Source: a virus
Lineage: Duplodnaviria; Caudoviricetes
Length of the DNA: 27,860 bases
Strand: one strand, 5' to 3'
IMG/VR virus record: IMGVR_UViG_3300037424_002918
Location: 1-27,860 of that record
Shown one piece after another: positions 26,292-27,860 of this stretch (positions within the stretch are counted from its first letter, which is position 1; the number at the start of each line of letters is the position of its first letter). Below the pieces are notes generated by a model. That model ran no database searches. It was given only the letters and a program-made list of their open reading frames with translations, and had not been told where the DNA came from. The position numbers and the translations under genes were made by a program.

Positions 26292-26726
26292 CTACTCCTG
26301 TCCATAGATCTGCGGTATGACATCAGGAACGCCACTGCCAAACTCAGGGTTACGCTCGGCAACCGCCTGATTGTATTGCATCTGGTAACTGCTGCCGAGT
26401 TCCGCCCAGTAAGCCGGTTGTTTAGTCTTGTCCACCTTCTTATCACCGGATGAGAATGAAAAGTTGCGAGCTGTCTTAGCTTGCATCATCCGGCAGACCA
26501 CTGTCAAAGCACAAAGCAGCAACACCTCCTTATCCTCATCTTCCAGATCAGGTGAGATGTTGCCTTGGGCATCGACAGCATAGCTGAGTTTCATGTCTTT
26601 ATTGATCGAGACAATCCCTCTGCGCAGCGCCCGTTCCAGTTGCTCATCTTCCAGCAATGGCGAGTTCTCGTCGCGGTCGTGATACTCGAGCCGCAGCGCT
26701 GTCTTCAGATCACTCAGCGCCATCAA
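26292..26726 (-). CDS. Head-tail adaptor (gp6/gp15-like)
   Basis: LR....D....LLEDEQL, FSFSSGDKKVDKT; gene position. Confidence 0.7.
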   Translation of the reverse strand: MMALSDLKTALRLEYHDRDENSPLLEDEQLERALRRGIVSINKDMKLSYAVDAQGNISPDLEDEDKEVLLLCALTVVCRMMQAKTARNFSFSSGDKKVDKTKQPAYWAELGSSYQMQYNQAVAERNPEFGSGVPDVIPQIYGQE

Positions 26727-27105
26727 TCTGCTCCATAGCTTGCGCGGTCGGCCAGAATTGTTGCTTCTTCACCGTTCCAATATCCTTCAGCGTGAAATGC
26801 TGGTTGCCCTTCTTCTCCTGGATTTCACCGCTTAGCGATTTGCCGGAAATCTTATCCGTGATCGTGACCAGATTCTCTTCGACCCGGGAATAATCGACTT
26901 CCCAGTCGTGGGAAACAGTGTCACTATCGGTTTTGGTTTCGGAAGACTCCGGATTATCACCCTCGATCTTTAACCAACCTTTATCAATCGCTTTCTGGAT
27001 CTCATCGCTAATCTCCTCAACCAGCATTGAGGCTTTCGGCTTGAAAATCAGTTTGGACTGGGGCAATACAAGGATGCCCGGCCGTTGGTTTATCAGTTGT
27101 TTCAT
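26710..27105 (-). CDS. Hypothetical protein downstream of the capsid gene
   Basis: 131 aa, AGGAG SD, overlaps the next gene. Confidence 0.7.
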   Translation of the reverse strand: MKQLINQRPGILVLPQSKLIFKPKASMLVEEISDEIQKAIDKGWLKIEGDNPESSETKTDSDTVSHDWEVDYSRVEENLVTITDKISGKSLSGEIQEKKGNQHFTLKDIGTVKKQQFWPTAQAMEQIDGAE

Positions 27106-27118
27106 CTATCGATATCTC

Positions 27119-27781
27119 CTATCCGAGGATTTTGACTTTAGCCAGCAGATCGGATCGCAACACGCCCAACGCCAGTTCCATCCATACCACCCAACTGACC
27201 TTGAATTCGCTCGGACGATTGTCCGGTTCAACTGCAATCGGTGTTCTCACCGCCATCTTGCCGACCGGTTCATCCGGGATTAAAAGAATCTCGTCCATCT
27301 GCGCTGCTGATGTAGTAAGCACTTGCGCACCGCTGAAATACTTCAGGATGCCTTTCTCCCGAAGCTCGCGTTCAGTTACAGGATCAAGTTCCCAACCACG
27401 CATATCGTTGAACCGACCACCGCGCAGAACGATGTATTTCACTGTCAGGTCTTTATCTTCAAGCAATGATATCGCCTGGTTGAGTCCTTCCTCGGTAAGG
27501 GAAGCGCCTCCTATCTCGACTGTATTTGCTTCGGGTACAGATTCAGATATGACCTTAACAACCCGTTGATTGAGTTTCTTGCGGATCGCCGTTCCAGCCC
27601 ATTTCTCCATATCGGTCAACCGGTGAATATCACCATTGCGTAACACAGACACATCCACTGCTGGATTGGAAGCGACGCGACCAACCGGAAATTCAATTTC
27701 ATGATCATCCATGTCGGAACGGTGCACCTGACCACCGGTTGCAATCCAAAAAGCTTGTATTTCTTTTATTTTTGCGTATCT
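27119..27781 (-). pseudogene. Major capsid protein (HK97 fold), 3' part; 5' end cut by an insertion
   Basis: Ends MELALGVLRSDLLAKVKI. The frame continues upstream of GTG 27727 as RYAKIKEIQAFWIATGGQ to the CTAG at 27780, then meets an in-frame TAG at 27803-27805 with no ATG, GTG or TTG. Confidence 0.7.
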
Positions 27782-27860
27782 AGTGTTCAGTCCCTTAATT
27801 GCCTAATGAGTTATTGACTTCTGTTCACGATTTTCTTATCTTGTTCCAAATAAAACATGG
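27780..27860. mobile_element. Probable IS end (IS630-like TA/CTAG target), truncated by the window
   Basis: CTAGTGTTCAGTCCC begins where capsid-like coding stops, followed by AT-rich sequence. No transposase is visible, so the family is tentative. Confidence 0.45.

Larger units (their letters stand above)
188..27781 (-). mobile_element. Prophage late region, contractile-tailed (myovirus-like); probably defective; true boundaries not visible
   Basis: Co-directional, tightly coupled minus-strand genes in canonical order: capsid, head completion, sheath, tube, chaperones, tape measure, baseplate, fibres, holin-like genes. Confidence 0.93.

Noticed and set aside
23210-26294. Genome-wide TAG recoding
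   Set aside because: TAG ends the sheath and tail-terminator-like genes right before the next SD and start, so it works as a stop.

Overview
The window is the late (morphogenesis) region of a myovirus-type prophage on the minus strand. Reading right to left it holds the major capsid, head-tail joining genes, tail sheath, tube, frameshifted G/GT chaperones, tape measure, hub, spike, baseplate wedge/J/I, five modular fibre-like genes, two holin-like genes and a KOW + Rho-N-like gene. Three plus-strand inserts interrupt it: (1) a 3,372-bp four-ORF serine-recombinase element between TC dinucleotides at 10316-10317 and 13688-13689, which separates the baseplate J start codon from its Shine-Dalgarno site; (2) a Fic-wHTH gene whose promoter is framed by a 27-bp inverted repeat; (3) an amidoligase / gamma-glutamylcyclotransferase / small-ORF operon. 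The capsid gene appears cut at a CTAG (27780-27783) by an IS-like end at the window edge. The recombinase element is the most unusual feature. Its predicted circle junction puts a start-less ORF in frame right behind the recombinase amber stop. It also has a likely -1 frameshift, iterated operator-like repeats, a replacement RBS for the target gene and near-contiguous antisense ORFs. All family names come from motif recognition and gene order, not from database searches.
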